A stretch of DNA of 64,000 bases from Vermamoeba vermiformis (lineage: Eukaryota), in assembly GCA_045837725.1 (NCBI GenBank), contig JBEWZL010000077.1, positions 1-64,000 of the forward strand, read 5' to 3'. A program made the translations under genes and the position numbers. This document shows positions 11,440 through 25,749 of this stretch, one piece after another. The notes under the pieces were generated by a model. The model had not been told where the DNA came from, ran no database searches, and was given only the letters and a program-made list of their open reading frames with translations. Positions within the stretch are counted from its first letter, which is position 1. Every line of letters begins with the position of its first letter.

Positions 11440-14143
11440 TTATTCCTGTGGTGTGCTACCAGGCAGCTGATTCAGCGAACTTAGATTAACGCCGTATTGT
11501 TGTTCAAATAATGCAGGCGAGTCCATTGGCGGCATCGGAGTAACACCGTTCGGATTGAATTGGAACGATACAACTGGCTCAGCAACGGGTGCTGACGGCA
11601 TTTGAAGCTGAGGAGGTTGAATATTAACCATTGATGGCGCAGGTGACTTATTTAAAATAATGGGCAAGACTGTTGAGACAGATCCAGTCAAGAATCCTGA
11701 AATAAAAATTAGATCTTGCGTCGAAGATTAGAATAGGGCATATCATACCTGACATTGAGCATTCTATTTCTATATTATGGGCAATTTCGACCAAGGGCGA
11801 GAATTGTTTGAAAACTGTGGGTAAAAGATCCGGAGGGAAGTTGAGCGGGATCTGTCCTTGGAGACTAAAAAGCAGTCGTTATAATTCTAATTTCAAAGTG
11901 ATATTATATAATATACGTACACACTGCCTCCCTTAATAGGAAATTGTAGTCCTTCTTTGCCGTTGTATTCAGCAAACAAATGTGCGGTCGTGTAATCTCG
12001 GTGCTTCGAGTGGACTTGCAGATCTACAGTAGAAACGAGTCTGACTTTCATATTCTTAACATCATAGCCTGACTTATTATCGATGGTCTATAGTAATAAA
12101 TTAGCGCTGTCGTGCAATAAATATTGATCATAATAGCTTACAAAAGTCAACATTTTTGTGCTGCCAATATGACCGACAGGCCCGCCTTCAAGAACGCCCT
12201 AAGAGAATATTAGTATTGCTGTATGAAAAAATATAGTAACGTTAGGCTACTTACAGTGATCGAAACGATTTGGTCAGCGGATCTAAAGTTTAATTTTTTG
12301 GCTTTAACTGTCACAGCAGGCTCGGCAGAGATTGACACGTAGTTCACGATGACATCAATCTCGTTACTAACATTCTTGTTGAATGACAGTGCTGGTCTGT
12401 TGACATGCGCACTGCATGTGTATCGAATGTAAGCGTGCGGATGATTCAGTGTCGGAGGCAGGTTTGATGGCATGACAAAAGAGAACGGCCAATAGTAAGC
12501 TCCAGAATCAATCTATAATGTTACATTAGCCGATACCTAGTACAAAACACGCTACTTACAATCGGCTTTTCTGCGAATAGAATTTGTCGAACGTTGAAGA
12601 AAGTGACCGTCTCTGACAGATTTTCGAACCTGTCGAGTTTGATGTTGCGTGTGACCTATTGTAAGTGAGACAATGCAAATTAAGCAAACTATATTATTAT
12701 ACCTTTAGCGTTTCTTGTAGTGTAATGATGAGTCTCGTGCCAATGCGCCTGCTGCTCGCCGTGGAATTGTAATGAAATGTCGTTGACACTCAGAGGATTG
12801 CCGACATTAAACATAACCGTGCCAGTAACGATCTAGCTGTATATTAATATTGCTCTATATAGTTATATTTAAGTACTTACTTCGCCGGGATAAAACGTTG
12901 TTCTTTCCAAAACTAATCTGAAATCCGGCAGTTTTAAGTTGATCTGACTGGTCGGCTCTGGTAGAACAGCATCTTGGAATCTGAATAAGACATGAAGTCG
13001 CGCAGTTTTCTTAATAATACATTAGCGCATAAAGAAAGGAAATCAATGCGCGTACTGAGATCTGCAACCATAAATCATGGATCTGATTTGAGGCAAAAGG
13101 TCTGATATCTAGCTCGAATCGACCTAGCAATTGGTTCGATGCTAATGATCGGTGGTTCTGCGGAAATTATTGTTAATTAACGGATAATACAGAAGAAAAA
13201 TTCTTCGTACCCAAACTTTGAACTGTACTGGAAATTCCTTATTTGGCAAGCTAATAGTGAACTCCTCGAACCACTAAATGGCTATGCATTAGATAAGGAC
13301 GCCTTCTATAATCAAATTTTGTTAAATTTACCTTCGCGTGCTTGCTCTTATTGAATGTATCTGTCACTAAAGTTGGTGGGTTGAATGAATGATTTAACGG
13401 TACTGAAACTCGCAGCTTCAAGAGCGCAGAAAGCTCTATTGATAATATCATGTTATAATATATTTAAGAGATCTATCTTACGACTATTAAAGAGTTTTGT
13501 ATTGTTCGTACCGGCTGCAGGATTTTCTTCAAGTTCTAAACCGACCGCTTCAATTACTTTAATCCAAAGCAAGCCTTGATTGAGACCAGGAGTATTTATG
13601 TCGCCATAGATCTATATATTATGTTAATTTTCTAAAAAAGGTCAGTAGACACATTTTTTCGTGCTTACGTTTTTCTTGATCCCGAAATAGTGCTGCACAG
13701 GAAAGCAATCAACGACTTCATTTTGCGCAAACATCTCGTTTAAGATCTTTTCAAATGCTATTTGGCGTTCTTGCACGATTGTCTCTTCAGCTTTGAATAA
13801 ATTGACTTTTGGAGGGAACGGGGTGAATCTGTGCTTGGGAAATTGCCTATAAACCTGTAATAGTGTCAACATTATGTGCACTATATAGTTCTATCTATGT
13901 AGGTGCATACATAGTCGTAAAGTGCTTGAAGTTCGCTGTAACGACAAACTATTTCCCATCTGTGTCCGCTTGGTGATGTCAACTCGAAAATGTAAGTCTA
14001 TTAGTGTAAAATTAGCAAAAAATATTATTAAAAATATTCGTGGCACTAACTCGATGCGGCTTTTGATTTTGCAAGAAGTTATTTTCAGTTCTAACAAATC
14101 TGCAGGCAACTTTCAAATGTGGCGGTTCAATTGTATTATCCAT
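11440..14143 (-). CDS. PX domain - C2 domain - arrestin N/C fusion protein
   Basis: PX: WEIVCRYSELQALY…FPPK…ERQIAFEKIL. C2: LWIKVIEAVGL…WFEEFTI…FKVWNHRSLASNQLLGRFELDI…DLWLQI. Arrestin: TTFYPGEIVTGTV…YYWPFSFVMPSNLPPTLNHPHAYIRY. GT-AG junctions between the domains keep frame. Confidence 0.8.
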
Positions 14144-14464
14144 ATTTGACTATCTTTCCGTTGTGTTTTGGGTATCCTTTATACTGAAAATAATGGCGAA
14201 ATATTTTGGTCGCTGATTTCTTTTTCGAAATTGCGAAATGAAATTTTGCGAAGATTTTTCGCATTTCAACAACATCACATTGAGCTATATATTCCAAGCA
14301 AGGGTCAATGGAATCTAATCTTTTGAAATATTCTTCGCTCGTTCCAAGGTCCAAAAATCGGGTTGGATCCATGTCGATCCACGCTTTTGCCTTGCCTGGT
14401 CACAATTTATTGCGAGTGATTTAAAATAAATAAAACATTCGTCTTTACTTTAACTAAACAACAC

Positions 14465-17400
14465 TTATTTTGCAGCCATTGTAATTTCAGTCTTAACAAC
14501 CTTCAACGACTGCGCCAGATTCATCAGCTTGGTCGCATCTTCCACTTTGACTACATTTTCCTTAATTTCCGCGAACTGCTTTCGCAAATTCTCGATTTCT
14601 CGTGACAGCACATCGACGACGTAGTTCAATTTATCTTCATTGTTTCCTCTTGGTGTCACGGTCACGTTTGCAGTGGTGTTGATTTTCACTGAAGCGCGCA
14701 TCTTTTCAACCTCCTGCGAAAATTTGTAATTAGCACAGGTCATGTTGGAAGGACTAGTATTCAATGACTTACCGCCTTGATGGTCTTAACATAAGGAATG
14801 CAGCCGCCAGCTTCTTCAGGAGTAAGCGCCGCTAAAATCTTCAACGACAACGCGTTCAAATCCGTTTGAATGTCCACAACAATTTGCGTGATCTTCGTGT
14901 GGAATCCATTCAACTTAGCAGCAGTGTCATCCTCCTATTGACAAAGTTAATATTGTAATACATAACGTAGCAAATTGCTCTTCATACCTTGTTGTTATTG
15001 TTGTTAAGCTTGGCCGCAGCAGCTTTGACACTCGATGGGCTGGTAGTAGGTGTCGTGCCAGTCTTGTTGCTGGCAGACGATGAACCCAACGAGGCCTTCT
15101 TAGCGCTAGGTGAGACAGGTGTCGGGCTCTTGGCCGGCTCTGTCTTGTCACCGTTGGACACATTAGCCATATTCAACACCATGCTCCTTCTCGAGTCAGG
15201 CCCTTGAGCAGCAACATTCGAAGTAGTACGTGTAGGAGCTGTTGTTGTCGCGGCACGATCTCTCTTGGGATCAGCCGTGGGAGGCGTGTTAGGTCCTGGC
15301 GGTGTGGTGGGCAAAGGCTTCTTTTCAACAGGCTTAGTAACAACCGGTGAAGTGTTGGTCTTGGGTGGCGTGACAGTAGATGACACGGCGATGCGTTGCA
15401 AAGGAGTGCTAAGAAATCATTAGTACTTGGGGGCCTAGAGTGATTAAATCAATTGGTACTTACTCGACTTTTTTGTTGGGCAATGATGAAGCACCTGACT
15501 TGCTTCTCCTTCGCGACTTCAACTCTTCTTCAATTTGACCCATGGTCTGTCTGGCACGGGCAGCTTCTTCCAGCTGCTTTTGTTCGCGCTGTTTGGACTT
15601 GAGCTCGCGTTGCTCACTGAAGATCTTGTGCTTCTCGAGTTCATTTCTGAACACTTGGTAGCCGTTCTCAAGACCTTCTTGCAAAGGAATCATGTCATCG
15701 TGAATAAGACTCTTGTTCAAACGAACACCAAAGCCCAACAAACGCTCAAACTCCATCAACAACTCTGCTAAGTTAGCACGATGTTGAGCTGAGAATTTAT
15801 CTGCAGCAGCGTCGCTCAAGAAGATCTGAGCGACAGCCAAAGGGCCAGCATTGACCTCTGTGAAAAAACGTTAAACTTGGCCTAGGCGCATCTATCAAAA
15901 AAAGGTGCTACGTACGTGTCAACAAAGAGCCTTGCAACTCACGCTGCAAGATCTTAGTGTTAGGAGTGGCGCTGTCGAGTTCGGTTTTCAACGAGCGAAT
16001 CTTCTTTTCAATCAACATGGCAGCGCTCTCAATCGGGGACAATTCTTTCTGTTAATCAGAACAAGCCCTTGTTAGTACCCAGCACACATATGTATCATAA
16101 TATGATCTTGTTTCTTACGGTCTCCTTGGCTTTGACAGGAACACGCTTCTTGACGTAAGGGAAAGAGCACTCAGTCGTGAAAATTGTGCGGCGAATGAAT
16201 TGGTCTTCAATCTCGCCCTGCGCCTTGCCGCCCTTAGTGAACGGTTGCTCCATAACAAAGCGATCTAAAAAAGTAAATTAGGCACCCCTATACATACGAA
16301 CATATGGCGTTACGTACTAATATTGAAGTACTGCTTGTACAATGACTTGACAGGTGTCACTGATTCGCCCTCAGGAGGCAAAATCTCAACGGCACCCAAT
16401 TGGATGTGGCACACGTTGGGGTCCAATTCTTCAGGCTTGATGTCCTTATTAGGCAACATGACAACCTTGCCGAACTTTCTCTCGTATCGAAGCTGTGAAA
16501 TTTGTCAGCGAGGTCTGGTTTTTCGGATCTGATCTGGATCTTACCTTCAAGTTCTCAGCCACTTCAGCGACACGATTAGTGTTCAATTCTTTGTAAATGT
16601 ATTCTTTTCCGTCCATATCCTTGAACGGCTTGCCGTAGAAAGCAACACGGTAGTAGTTGGAGAAAATACGTTGGTTCATAGTGTTCTAAAATATGACACA
16701 TTAGAAATGTATAGTTTTGTGAAAAATTGCACGCACCTCGTCAATCAAAAGCTTGCACAAGTTAAAGAGGTCCAAGTGACAGTTCATTTGTTCTCTCGTA
16801 GTCTTCTTGTTCTTGGAAGATCGGCAGCATCATACGATAAGCAGTGACACATTGCTCGTACAAACCACCTTCACGCAAGCTCTTAATAGCGTCGTGCAAA
16901 AGACCGACAAATCCTTCTTCCGAGAACAACTTGGACTGACAGATCTCGTCCTTCAATGACTCCAAGGTGCCTGGCGACGGAATTTCAATTTCGCGGTCAA
17001 TGTTCGGACACACCAAGTGGAAGGCAGTGGGTGTGTTCTACACATCAAAAATTAATTATTAAAGCATAAAATAAATGTGAGAGTGGCACTTACGACTTCC
17101 CAACGGCCCAATAAGCTCAAATAAGCTTGAACCAAAGCAGCAGTGACAATCTTAGTTTGAGCGCACTCCTCCAAATGTTTGTTCTGATCGAGGGTAGGAT
17201 CTAAATTAAGGAGATCAAGTCATCACTTACAGCACGATGAGTCTCTGCCAAACTCTCCAACCAAGTAATTCTCTCGTCAGGAGACTCCATGAACTCCTTC
17301 GAGATCTTGTAGTACAGATCTGCCATCATTTCAGGGTCGTATTGGTATTGGCTCATCTAAGCAACATTAGCATTGGACCAATGACAACAAAGTTATGTTA

Positions 17401-20400
17401 CAACGTACCTTCTTGCTCTGTTCAATAATAGAGTTGATCTTGGCTTGCAAGACCTCCACTTGCTTGGGAATAGGCTCGCCGTAAATATCATTGCGACTCA
17501 ATCCGCTTCTCGCATTGCGCACGACAGGCTCGAATGAGCTCAACAAGCGGTTGAAGTCTGTTGGCTCTTTGCCGACCATGCGTGTAATCGCAATTGTCGT
17601 TTGAAGCTTGACACGAGCAATGTTTTGGGTTTGAATAAAGTTGTTCTGTGAAACATTCAAAGGTTAATAATTATGCTAGGAGTACGTGCTTGGCAGCTAC
17701 TATACGTACCTCCAATAAGACGTAGAAAGAAGTCGCAGCAAGGTCTCTAACTTTTCTCAATCTGCTGTTGCTCAAGCGTAAGAATTCGAACACGAGTTCA
17801 CCGCAAACACTGTTTCGTTTGCTGAACAAGGGCTTCTTGACTTCAGGGATCAAATGGTTCAATGTTTGGAGCACGACCGTCAGTGCAGATGTCGATTGGT
17901 TCTTGCGCAACAGGTTGATCAAGACTGCAAAGATCTTGTCGAACATGGACAAGTTCTTCAAGGCCACAGAGAACGATGCTACGAGGTGCAGCACGACCTC
18001 CAAAGACACCAATGAAATTTCTCTGGCAAAGTTGGCCTCACGCTTGGCCTCAACGTCGAAATTGACAGTCTGTTTTCGATCACGAACGGTGGTTCGCTCC
18101 ATGAACTGATTGACAATCATTACTGACGGTTTTTTGTCCAAAACCAACGCCGCTGAATTTCCATGTTAGTAAAATATTTTTCACGGGATCCGGATCTACT
18201 TACGCTTAGTCTTCTTGCCGTACTTCTTTCTAACAGTCTTCATCTTCTTTGAAGTCATACGTGAAGTCACATCGGCGAAAGTGTCGCCGGAGCCCAAGTC
18301 AATCGAGCTTTGAGCTGAGCTGAGTTCCAATGACTTGGCGAGACCCATCTCTTCGGCAGCAACTGTAGCACGAACAGAGTGCTCTCCGTGGTACTTTTTC
18401 AATAATAATTTAGCTACCCCGAAAGTAGTGATCGAAATAAACTTACCTCGAAGAGATCAGTGGCCATGATCATCAAGTCCAAGAACAAAAAGACACGCTT
18501 CTCAGTCTCACGCTCCCAGTAATCCTTCAAGAGGTCGACATTAGCGCCCTTGAGGACAAAGTAGAAGCACGCCAACAACTTTCTCTTCTCGTCTGAGACA
18601 GCTGGCAACTTGGCAATCAAGTCGTAGTGGTCAATCGCGGTCAAAATGAACGGGAAGTAGATTGACGCAATTCGTTGACGAGCCAAGTTTGCTTGATATC
18701 GTGCATCGTGATCATGTTTGTAAATAGCATCGCATAATGTGTTAATAGCCTAAACATTAGTCAATACACATACAGGACCATGTCATTAATATAAATATGA
18801 ATGATATGATCAAGGATATTATCAAAATAATACTTACCATGTTCATTTTCTATTGGGATACAGAATAGATAGATAACGTTAATATAGATACATAATAATG
18901 TTATATAGGTTGATAAAGGCACTTACCTTTGCTCTGTTCGATGAGTTTGTGGCAACAAAAGTCGTCTCCAATTGCATCAAAATAAGGCCCGACAAGAAAT
19001 GCTTCGTGCTAAAAATAAACCACCAATCAGCACGCGTTCTCAATTAGAGCTCTATATCATTAAATTACTTACGCAAATCTGTAAGGAATATCAGCCACAG
19101 TCTGAATCTTGGGGTGAATTGGCAAGTTGAGTGCGAGATAGTGCACGTAGTCAGTAAGAGCGCGCAAGAAAGTGAACTTCATCTCAGTCAATTCCATGCT
19201 CTCGTTGTTAGGATCGAGCTCTTGGACGTAATTGTAGATCTATAGAACGTTAGGCATGCTTTAAACTGACGTGCAAAACTTACAAGTTCGAAGACAAAGC
19301 CACGGTCCATAAACGCGAACAAGTCGGTAATAAAATGAGCCGTGGTAATGTTAAACAACTTTGCCAAAGGAATAGAACCAGCAGGATCAAGTGCGAAAGT
19401 GACGGTCAAAGTTCTGAATCCTAACACGGCACGCATAATTTGATCGTGAACTGACTGCGAGAATCGACTTGTACGGTTGTTATCAGTCAATTTCTTCTCG
19501 TGGTGGAGTTGCAGCACCATTGACTTGATGATGAGACCGTACAAGAACCAAGCAAATTTGAGCGAGTCCTTCAAACAGGCGTGCTACAAGCGACATTAGA
19601 ACGCTGAAAACTGTTAGATTCAATCAATGCGTACCTTGTTTTGAATGGCCAAGAGCCAGTTGTTGAGCAAATGTTCACCAATATTGCTCTTAGGGCTCGG
19701 GTTAAAGATGAAGCTCAAGAACGATTCCAACACGTTGTCATCGGGATTGGAATTTGTGGCAACACTACACAAATATTAGGTCAATCTGTGTATAATCTAT
19801 GGGTGCACTTGACTTACGCATCAGCCAATGACAGCAAAGTTGCGAAAGAAAGAACGCTGATGCGAGGAGGGAAAGTTGCAATCAATTCGAGCAAACCTCG
19901 TGTAATGACTGGGAAGAATTTGACCAACTCTTTCTTATTAGCAGACGCCAAGCCCTCAACACCAGCAACAATCTTGTCTTGATCTTGTTTAGGGTCCAAC
20001 GACAGCTTGAGGAAGTTGTTGAGGTGCGTGTCAAGAGTGTAGACTGACGAGACCAGCTTGGTGCTGAATGTCATCAAAAGCTTTTGGTTGTCCAACCACT
20101 AGAAGACAAGTTAGATGTACTCATAACACAATCACGCTATTCACTTACAAGGATGTCATCTTCAGGGGTTGACAAGTAGTTCGTGGGCAACTTCAATGCA
20201 ACTGGGAACGAGTACTTTTCCTCGTTAAGCAAACTTTCAAAATACATTAGTAACGTACTCGCAAGCACACATTAATATCGACATACTGTCCGTCCTTCAG
20301 AAGTGGGACAAATGTATACGCCAATGGAGCAGACTAAGAAAATGATAAGTCAGATCTGGTACGAGCCATCTATTGAGGTACTTACGAGAGGTGTATCGCC

Positions 20401-22849
20401 GGGCTTAGACTTCTTGCCGGCAGGTTTGCAATCGACGTGATAGAAAGTTAACAACAAGTGGTGTTTGTTGGTCAATTGGAACGGCAGTTGGATCTTAATC
20501 TCGTCGAAGAATTTGGGCTTTTTGTTGTGATAGCCAACAATCGACATTGCTTTAGTGATCAAGCCTGCAGTAGTGCTATCGCCATAGATAACCTACATTC
20601 AAAAATTAGACCGAGAAAGAAATTTAGCGGATCTAATTCAAGCTGTTATTTTCTAGATTGTATTACCTTTAATCCTTCAGCGTTGGGATTATCGTCATTT
20701 TCTAACAATTTGACTTCCATGCCGATGTTTCTAGCGCTAACACCGCTCGCTAAAATAACATTCGTTAGCCGTGGATTTTCAATCACAAAAAAATCTCGCA
20801 CTAGTATTACCTTTCAAGTTGTTCAAATCCACGCGTTCAGGGTAGAAATAAAGATTGTTGACGTAATTGCAATGAGGATAGGCTGTTGACGTTTCATAAG
20901 GCAACTCTTGGATCTCGCGAATAGTCTTCATGTCCTTAGCTTCGTTGAAAGGCTTAACGGGCAACAACGATGGAGTCAATCTGTTTGGTGGCTCGGCGAG
21001 CTTATCGAGCAATTTAAGCGCGAAAGTGAATTCTCCCGGAATCGAATCACGCTTCTTCTTCGTCTTGTTCAACTTGATGTCCTCCAAGTAATCGAACAAA
21101 TCGCCTTTGCACTTGACAATATCCGAGAAGACGGCGTCCCCGACCATCGTCAAAGCACCACGCGCGTCAAAAAGAGGTTGTGCGCTCCAAGCAAAGTTCT
21201 GTTTGTACTCAGCCAAACGAGGCAAATTTCCACGAGTCTCAGAAACAAACTTTTGCTTATCCTTGTCTTTCATCTACAAGCATTGCGTTAGTTAATATGC
21301 CTCGTAAAAATATTATTCCGGCGCGGTTGGAAATGACACGCGGAAATAAATTCCCGGTGACGGAGTTTGACAATTTTGTGTCTTTGAATACTTGTGTACT
21401 ATTATTAATTATATATCTTTACCTGAGGTTTGCAATATGCGTCCACGTGATCGTCAGGAGATCCTCCCTTCAGTACTTTGTTCACGAAGAGTACTAAAAA
21501 TACATCTTCAGACTTAGCCCCGCTGTAGTTGAAAATGCACGATCGAGCTGAAGTAGCAGGCTCTACTTCTTTCTATATTTGGTAAAATAACATTAATCAA
21601 CTGAAAATTCGTAGTGCGAACGCGCGTTGCAAAAAGATATTTTGAGATTTTTTAATCGTTAAAAATCAAGGATAAATAGTAGCTTGATTTAAAGCCAATA
21701 TTATTATACTATTATTTGCATACGTACCAAGACGTGTTGAATCAGCGCAGAGGTATTAGCAGTATTGACATCGAATTGGAAATCTTCCGTCAATTTTGTC
21801 TTCGACTTCAAATCATACAATGCCAATGTGCAGAAAAATGGCTCGATTTCGCCCAATTGAAATTTCAGCTCTTTAGCTTCGAAAAGCAATTGAGTGGCAC
21901 TAAGATATTAAAATTTAAAATTAGTAACGGAATTATAATTGTTCCAAATATTGATACTGAGCTTATTTCATATTATTATAGTCATATTATATTACTTACA
22001 ATTTATTATCGAACGGTCGGCCTTTTTGCAAGCTGTAGTGAGTATCGGGTTTGTTCATATGAAAAGTCGTAAAGAGCGGCATTCGATCTTTTTTCTGCAT
22101 TAAAATATGAGGTCATTATACTTGAACAGTAATATACCGGCAAATTTATAACATTTAACTGATCTCGAGTAAAAGTCGGAGTTGGGGAAAGTTTCGATCG
22201 CACAAGTTTAAATCGAATCGAAAAAAATACGTAATTTAAATTACTACAATTATTGGTATTTAATTTGCTTACTCTTTCGTCGAGCAGTTGTTCCTTGGTT
22301 GCTACTCGCAAGATGGACGTTTCGTCCTTTTCTGCCTTCTCAGCATCTTTATCGACTGTACGACCAACTACGTCGACTTCATATTCTTGGTCAGGCACTT
22401 TGACATTTTTAGGGACGGGATTAACTGTTTTGGTAAGATCTACCGAGACCCAATCCTGTTCAAAATACTCTTGACAATATTTGAGATAAGCATCACTGAG
22501 GTTTGATGCATTGGCCTATATAAATAATAAATTAGTGCGAGTTGCTTTAAAATTAGTCACTTCAAGCTTTCAAATTTCAATAACGGATTAGCAAGTTAAA
22601 TATCTTAAAATAAATAATTAATTAAGCGCCTACCGGTACTGATGATTTAGTGGTGCGATTAACTCTTGGTTCTATTTTAACTTCTATATCATCATCAGGA
22701 AAAGCCAATTCGCCAAGGGACTCTTGCAGTTTTTTGTTAGCGAATTGCTTTTCGTATTCTTTGAAATCAAATGGGCTCTCGAGAGGGGCCGGGATTGATG
22801 TCGAGGCCGATAACGACGGTGTCTGAGTACCAGTGCTTGCGTCGCTCAT
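14465..22849 (-). CDS. DOCK-family Rho GEF (DOCK-C/D, zizimin-like) with DHR1 (C2) and DHR2 domains; two apparent +1 indels
   Basis: EPFFCTLALYD, YVNNLYFYP, VGYHNKKPKFFDEIKIQLP…HHLLLTFYHVDC, FSNYYRVAFYG…GKEYIYKE, SLLTQVNAGPLAVAQIFL. Confidence 0.93.
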
Positions 22850-23375
22850 GGCAAAGGAATCGTGTTCTCTCGAGGCAAAAAAATAGTTCAATAACGAAAA
22901 TCAAAGTTTCGAAATCTTCTAGCGAGGAGTGCACAAACTGAAGCTTTGACGAGGTCAAGATGAGATCATTTGTACCAATATTTAAGGTTGATAAATAATA
23001 ATAAGCTAACATTCTACCTTTTCGGTGGTTCGGCGCCAGCAACGATCCACCAAATCCGGATTTGCGAAATACTTCGGCTTGAATGAGCAAGTACAAGTTG
23101 CATTATACTTTATGAGCACAACAAATTTCATAACGACGAACAACTAGAAGAGATCTCGTTGGGGAAAATAATCTTTAGGTTTATTACTATCGGACGGAAA
23201 ATATACTAGCATCAATTTCTTATTTCAACAATTATACTGTAGTAGTATTTACAATTTTTACAACCCACAACTTCTCAAAAGCGCTGAAAAATGCGCTTCG
23301 ATCGAGTTCGCACGAATCCGCACCCCTCACCCAAGAGTGAGAGTGTTCGTATGAATCAAATATTCTTTTGGGATA

Positions 23376-24738
23376 TCACCCACGATCGGCATTAGCGCGT
23401 TTAAGAGAAAGCCTAAAAGCGTAAAGTGTAAGAAATCTTTCTTGAATCTGATCGAAGCTAAATTGAGCAACGCCATAGATTTTCTTGACAAGGCAGATAG
23501 CTCTTAATAATTGTTCACTTACCTCTAAATTGAAGAGGGCTCTCTTCGCAAATGGGCTCGGAGTGCGTCTCGTCAATACTGGGGTCGTACTCTCAGATGT
23601 CCTGAAAGGACTCGTTGGTCTCAACTACAATAAGGTTCTATTAGTCAAATCCTTGCACGATCTATAGAAATTACACGTAAAATAGTTTTGTGTAAATTTA
23701 AAGTGATTGTGTACGGATGTTTTGCAAAATTCAATTTAAACTTGCCTAAGGTCAGAAAATGATGAAATATGGAAAAATGGATTGCCTATTATTGAAGAAA
23801 GTATTTGTATCGTTCATGAAGAACAGAATCTTACCTCAGGCGAAAGTGCTCTGAAATCTGCCTCGAGCGCTTCATCTGTGCTGCTAGCAAGGTTCAAATG
23901 TCCGCTTTCGTTGGAAGTCTCGCTCATCCAATCCAAGTCGTCGTTGAATGACTCGGGGATGATGATTTGCGAATTTTCAGATTCCAAATCAAGCTCATCG
24001 ATTGATTGCTCTAGGTACCGATGAATGTCCTCTGGCGTGGACAAGCGAAGCTCCACGTCGTTTGCGGTGCTATTGAGTTTGTCTTCAAGTTCGCGCCAGG
24101 CATCTTCAACGGAGGAAATTGAATCCGATGAGGAGGAAGTATCCATTGTAAAAAGATTCTGAGTCTGCGCATCGCGAAGCAAAGAACGAAGGAATTCATT
24201 GCTAAAAATTAGGATAATTAAGGACGGTTCATTAATGCCGAATCGATTTTAGCGAATAAAGGCGTTTGATCAAGATGCGTCTTTTCACCAACTAACAATT
24301 TCAGAAAATATCAAAACTTCGGTAAATACGTACCGTGTATCGAACTCTTTGAGTATATGCTCCTGTACTGGATTAGCTGAGTTCGCCTCAGAGTGGCCAC
24401 TACGAGATTGAAAAGTGATCAGCAACTTCCTTCAAAAAATTCTGGGACTGATAAGAAATGGATATCCCGTACCTAGCAACAAAATTGCCTTCGATCTGAA
24501 GCACACGCTCGTTTTCTTTGGCAGATATTTGAGCGGAGTAAATCTGATTGACTTTTGATGCGGCATGGTAACTCTTCAGAGAGCCATCTTTTTCCAAATC
24601 CACGAACAGAAGTTTGTCAGCAGGGAGGCCTTCAGGCATTTCTTCGCCATCAAAGACGAAATGGACATTGGGTGTCGAGATCAATCTGTTGTTCGCGTTG
24701 ATCAAGACTACTTGGGAGGGTAGCAAGTCCGTTGCCAT
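23376..24738 (-). CDS. Hypothetical protein with an Atg31-like N-terminal domain and acidic/Ser-rich tail; 3' end uncertain
   Basis: Spliced ORF MATDLLPSQ…PNVHFVFDGEE…LLFVDLEKDGSLKSY…ILKEFDTRNEFLRSLL. Similarity to yeast Atg31 judged by eye only. Confidence 0.55.
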
Positions 24739-25749
24739 TATTTTGAATATAGATATGAATAGATATGTAGAGCGAATATATTTTTGAGGTCAACGGTATT
24801 GTGTCTGTTCACATCAAGGTGAAACAACAACAAAAAGCAAAAACGACAAAATCAAGTTTTTATTACGAAGTCTACAAGAAATATCAGAAACCTCGAGCTA
24901 AATTCGAGCCGTATACCTTATTTTGGTGATTTATGAGCGCATGAGAGTTTGTGCAATGGAGAATCTGGTCGCATCGAAGCGCAAAAAACTTTCTTGATCA
25001 GATCAAATAACGGGCGTCGTTTTCTTAATACCACAATAATTGCAACCAACAGATGTTTTTTATAAAGGTCGGTAAGGTATACCCAGTTGATCAAAAAATA
25101 TTCACTGATCATTGTGGCAAGGGAATAATCTTAACTAAATTTATTATTAATAATTCAACCATGCAACAATTTAAATAATTTTAAATATAGAGCTATTGAA
25201 CCGCTAATTTTTACTCGTGCAGAGGTTGACTTGATCATCCGCTGATCAAGCGTTCTTTTGATGCGCAATAACTGACGGAGCAAATGCTTTCGATAGTACT
25301 TTGCTTATCAGCAGCTTTTCCGTGAGGGAACTTCTACGAATAAGCTCCGCCGAGGAGTTAAATTTTTAAAAAATCAACTTGCTTATTGTTGACAAAAACA
25401 ATCAGAGACAGTGCTACGTAGCATAAGGTATAAGCACGTTACTCCAGTAATAGTATCGGTAAGCAATTAAGAACATGCTTGCGTAATTGAGTCCACATAC
25501 ATTAAAACTAACTCAAGAGCCAATCCAGCTTTCAAAATTAACCCCGTTCGCAGGAATTAAAAAAATTCTAGAAATAATTTCAAGTTGGCATTTATTAAAT
25601 TTTCTGTAATTAAGATTTTGGAAAGAAACTTTAAAGCATAAACGAAAAGGCTCGATCGGGCCGAATTTTTTTTTTGACGGTCAAATGGCTAGGGCATACT
25701 ATTACACGTAAAGTAAATTGTGCTCAAAAATGTTTGACACTATATTTAG

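Noticed and set aside
14136-14372. 78-aa minus-strand ORF upstream of the PX gene
   Set aside because: Out of frame with the PX exon, no splice donor seen and no motif; probably spacer or promoter.
23300-23375. Hairpin downstream of the Atg31-like TGA considered as a SECIS element
   Set aside because: Lacks the AUGA/GA quartet and apical AA on the sense strand.
24740-25749. 1-kb spacer with small palindromes (CTTGATCA…TGATCAAG, TGCTACGTAGCA)
   Set aside because: No convincing ORF, terminal repeat pair or RNA-family signature; treated as a divergent promoter region.
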